A stretch of DNA of 64,000 bases from Lama glama (taxonomy: Eukaryota), in assembly GCA_028534125.1 (NCBI GenBank), contig CM052816.1, forward strand, positions 50,904,001-50,968,000, in the 5' to 3' direction. The notes under the pieces were generated by a model, which did no database searches, was not told the DNA's origin, and saw only the letters and a program-made list of their open reading frames with translations. Below are positions 62,046 to 64,000 of the stretch, piece by piece; the first letter of the stretch is position 1; each line of letters begins with the position of its first letter. The position numbers and the translations under genes were made by a program.

Positions 62046-63693
62046 ATTTGAGACCTGGGCAAATGTTGTTTGCCAATCTCTGTCTCTATAAACAATTTGA
62101 GTCACCCGTAATCTGCCTGTCAGCACCATTCTGGTGGCCCAATTTCACTCAATCATGAAAAAGAAAGACCCTGCCAGACAATGGAGTGATCCTCGTGAGA
62201 TGACCCCATCCATGGTGTGCTGACATTTCCAGCTGTCCCAGGCACCAGAGGGCACTTTAAAAAGCTGGAGAAAGTCAATCCAAAGCCTGGGACCCCTGAG
62301 GCACAGGGCTGGGCCAGTGGCCTGCTTTTCTTGGATGAAGAGGACACTGCCTCCAGCCTCAACCTCTGTTTCAAATTTCAAACTTGTCCGAAGTCTCCCA
62401 TTTCCCCATATAACCATCCACCATCCAACCACTGGCACACTTCTACATATTCATTTCTCAATGATATACATCCACACATATGTGCATATTGTGTGTTTGT
62501 CTCTGTCCTATCTCCAGGAGGTCACACTGCCCAAATGCTATGGAAGCCCTCCTGATGCCCAGACCACCACTATCACAATAGGGGAATGGAGGAAGGGCCT
62601 ATCAAGTGCCACTTGATCAGCAATCCCATCTAAAAAAACAAACTTTGCTAACTTAATTTTGCCCAAAATTGTTGCTGGAAGGAGGAGGAGAGGAAGCCAT
62701 GAGCTCAAAAGAAGAAGCTGGGTTGTAGAAAAACGATGTCCTTTCCTCTATGCCCAGAATTGGGACACAGCTAAGGCTCTCCCAAACCAAATGAGAAAAT
62801 CAACCCTCTCACCCAAGATGGGCATAGAAAAGAGTTAAAAAGAACATAAGATTGAAGGGTTGTCTTCTCTCCCTCACTCCCCTTGTTCCCCAACTTTACC
62901 CCATTTACCAGGAATGCTACTGATGGGAATGATTCATTGCTGAGAGCTGCCCCTGAGACATCTGGGGGACATGCCTACTGGTTCCCAGCGTTAAAGAAGG
63001 TCACCCCAGGGCTCAATAGGGCATCTTGGGTTGCAGCACTCACCCTGGGGACTGGCGTTAAGCTCTTCCAGGAAACTCTGAGTACTTGGAAGCCTCAAAA
63101 GAGGAAAGCAGTTGCCACAATCAATCAACAGAACTGCAAAGCACATATTCAGTTAAAACCTCAACATAAAGACCCCTAATGTTTTACTTCTTAAACCAAC
63201 ATTGTGACCTCGCTGCAATCTTCCATTTTGCACTCCCCATTTCTGTTTGCTAGGCAACAACTGGGCTCCTTTTGTTTTACTAGATAAATACTATGACCTT
63301 TTCCAAATACATATGATCACTTTCCCCTTTCTAATGGCTTTTGAAGCTTGCCATCTTGTGACTTCAGGCCTAGCTTACACGCCCCTGTTAAATGTCGTAA
63401 GTTTGTCCTACCTAAATGTCACAAGGTCCCTCCTCTTCTGCTGACTTCAAAACAATTTTGGGGGGGGGAGCATTCTTAGGTTGTCCACATGTACAGAAAT
63501 AGCCTGTGACTGAATATGTGAAGAATAGAGGGGTGATCACTCAATCTACCTTCCTCCTGAGTGCAGATGTTCCAAAAGCAACCAAAGCCATGTTCAAAAT
63601 TCTGAATCTAAGGACTTTTTTCCTGAAGAAAAATTCAGTGGTGTTTTCTTACTTAACGCCAGCTAACACGCACCCAAAATGTGGTTGACTCAC

Positions 63694-63752
63694 CTTGTAT
63701 TTCTACCATGGACGTATCACAGGTAGAGTGTTCCCTGAGCATATGCGCAGAT
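63694..63752 (-). other. Candidate 59-nt spliced exon of an unidentified transcript
   Basis: Minus strand: ...ttttggtcactggtcatgcAG|ATCTGCG...TACAAG|GTGAGT. Near-consensus donor, weaker acceptor, no repeat similarity noticed. Confidence 0.35.
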
Positions 63753-64000
63753 CTGCATGACCAGTGACCAAAATTAAACACACTCCCATTGCTTATGCTG
63801 ACATTCTACATCCTTGTTCATTGCTCTTCTTATTAACCACAAAAGGTGATTTGACAATAGCTCAGGTTATGAATGCCTAACAGAGTTCTTCACTCCCTTA
63901 CAGAATTCTGACATTCAATAAATGAGAGCAATATCACTGTTCACGAAACACCAAGTGATATCCCAAAAAGTACCCAACTTCATACCCTCAAAGTCTTTGG

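Noticed and set aside
1..64000. CRISPR arrays, operons or other prokaryotic systems
   Set aside because: The sequence is mammalian by repeat content, and I saw no regularly spaced repeat-spacer array.

Overview
AT-rich, CpG-poor mammalian intronic or intergenic DNA. It is most likely camelid, because two tRNA-derived SINEs with target-site duplications (TSDs) look like Vic-1 and I saw no Alu, B1, PRE1, Bov-tA or CHR SINEs. No protein-coding exon can be confidently assigned; the ORF track is chance ORFs plus retroelement fragments. The window is a mosaic of MIR, L2, L3/CR1, old and younger L1, MaLR/ERVL/ERV1 LTRs, Tigger-derived MITEs and microsatellites. Highlights: (1) a 246-bp TSD-flanked mini-L1 whose 5' promoter end is fused directly to the L1 3' tip at an apparent splice junction (15396-15641); (2) a probable LF-SINE relic (~53825-54050); (3) three perfect T-box motifs, two forming a palindrome (56551-56657); (4) a snap-back templated insertion inside an MLT1 LTR (47020-47081); (5) a candidate minus-strand exon (63694-63752). 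Repeat family names come from recalled consensus sequences, not from a search. Boundaries of old repeats are approximate.
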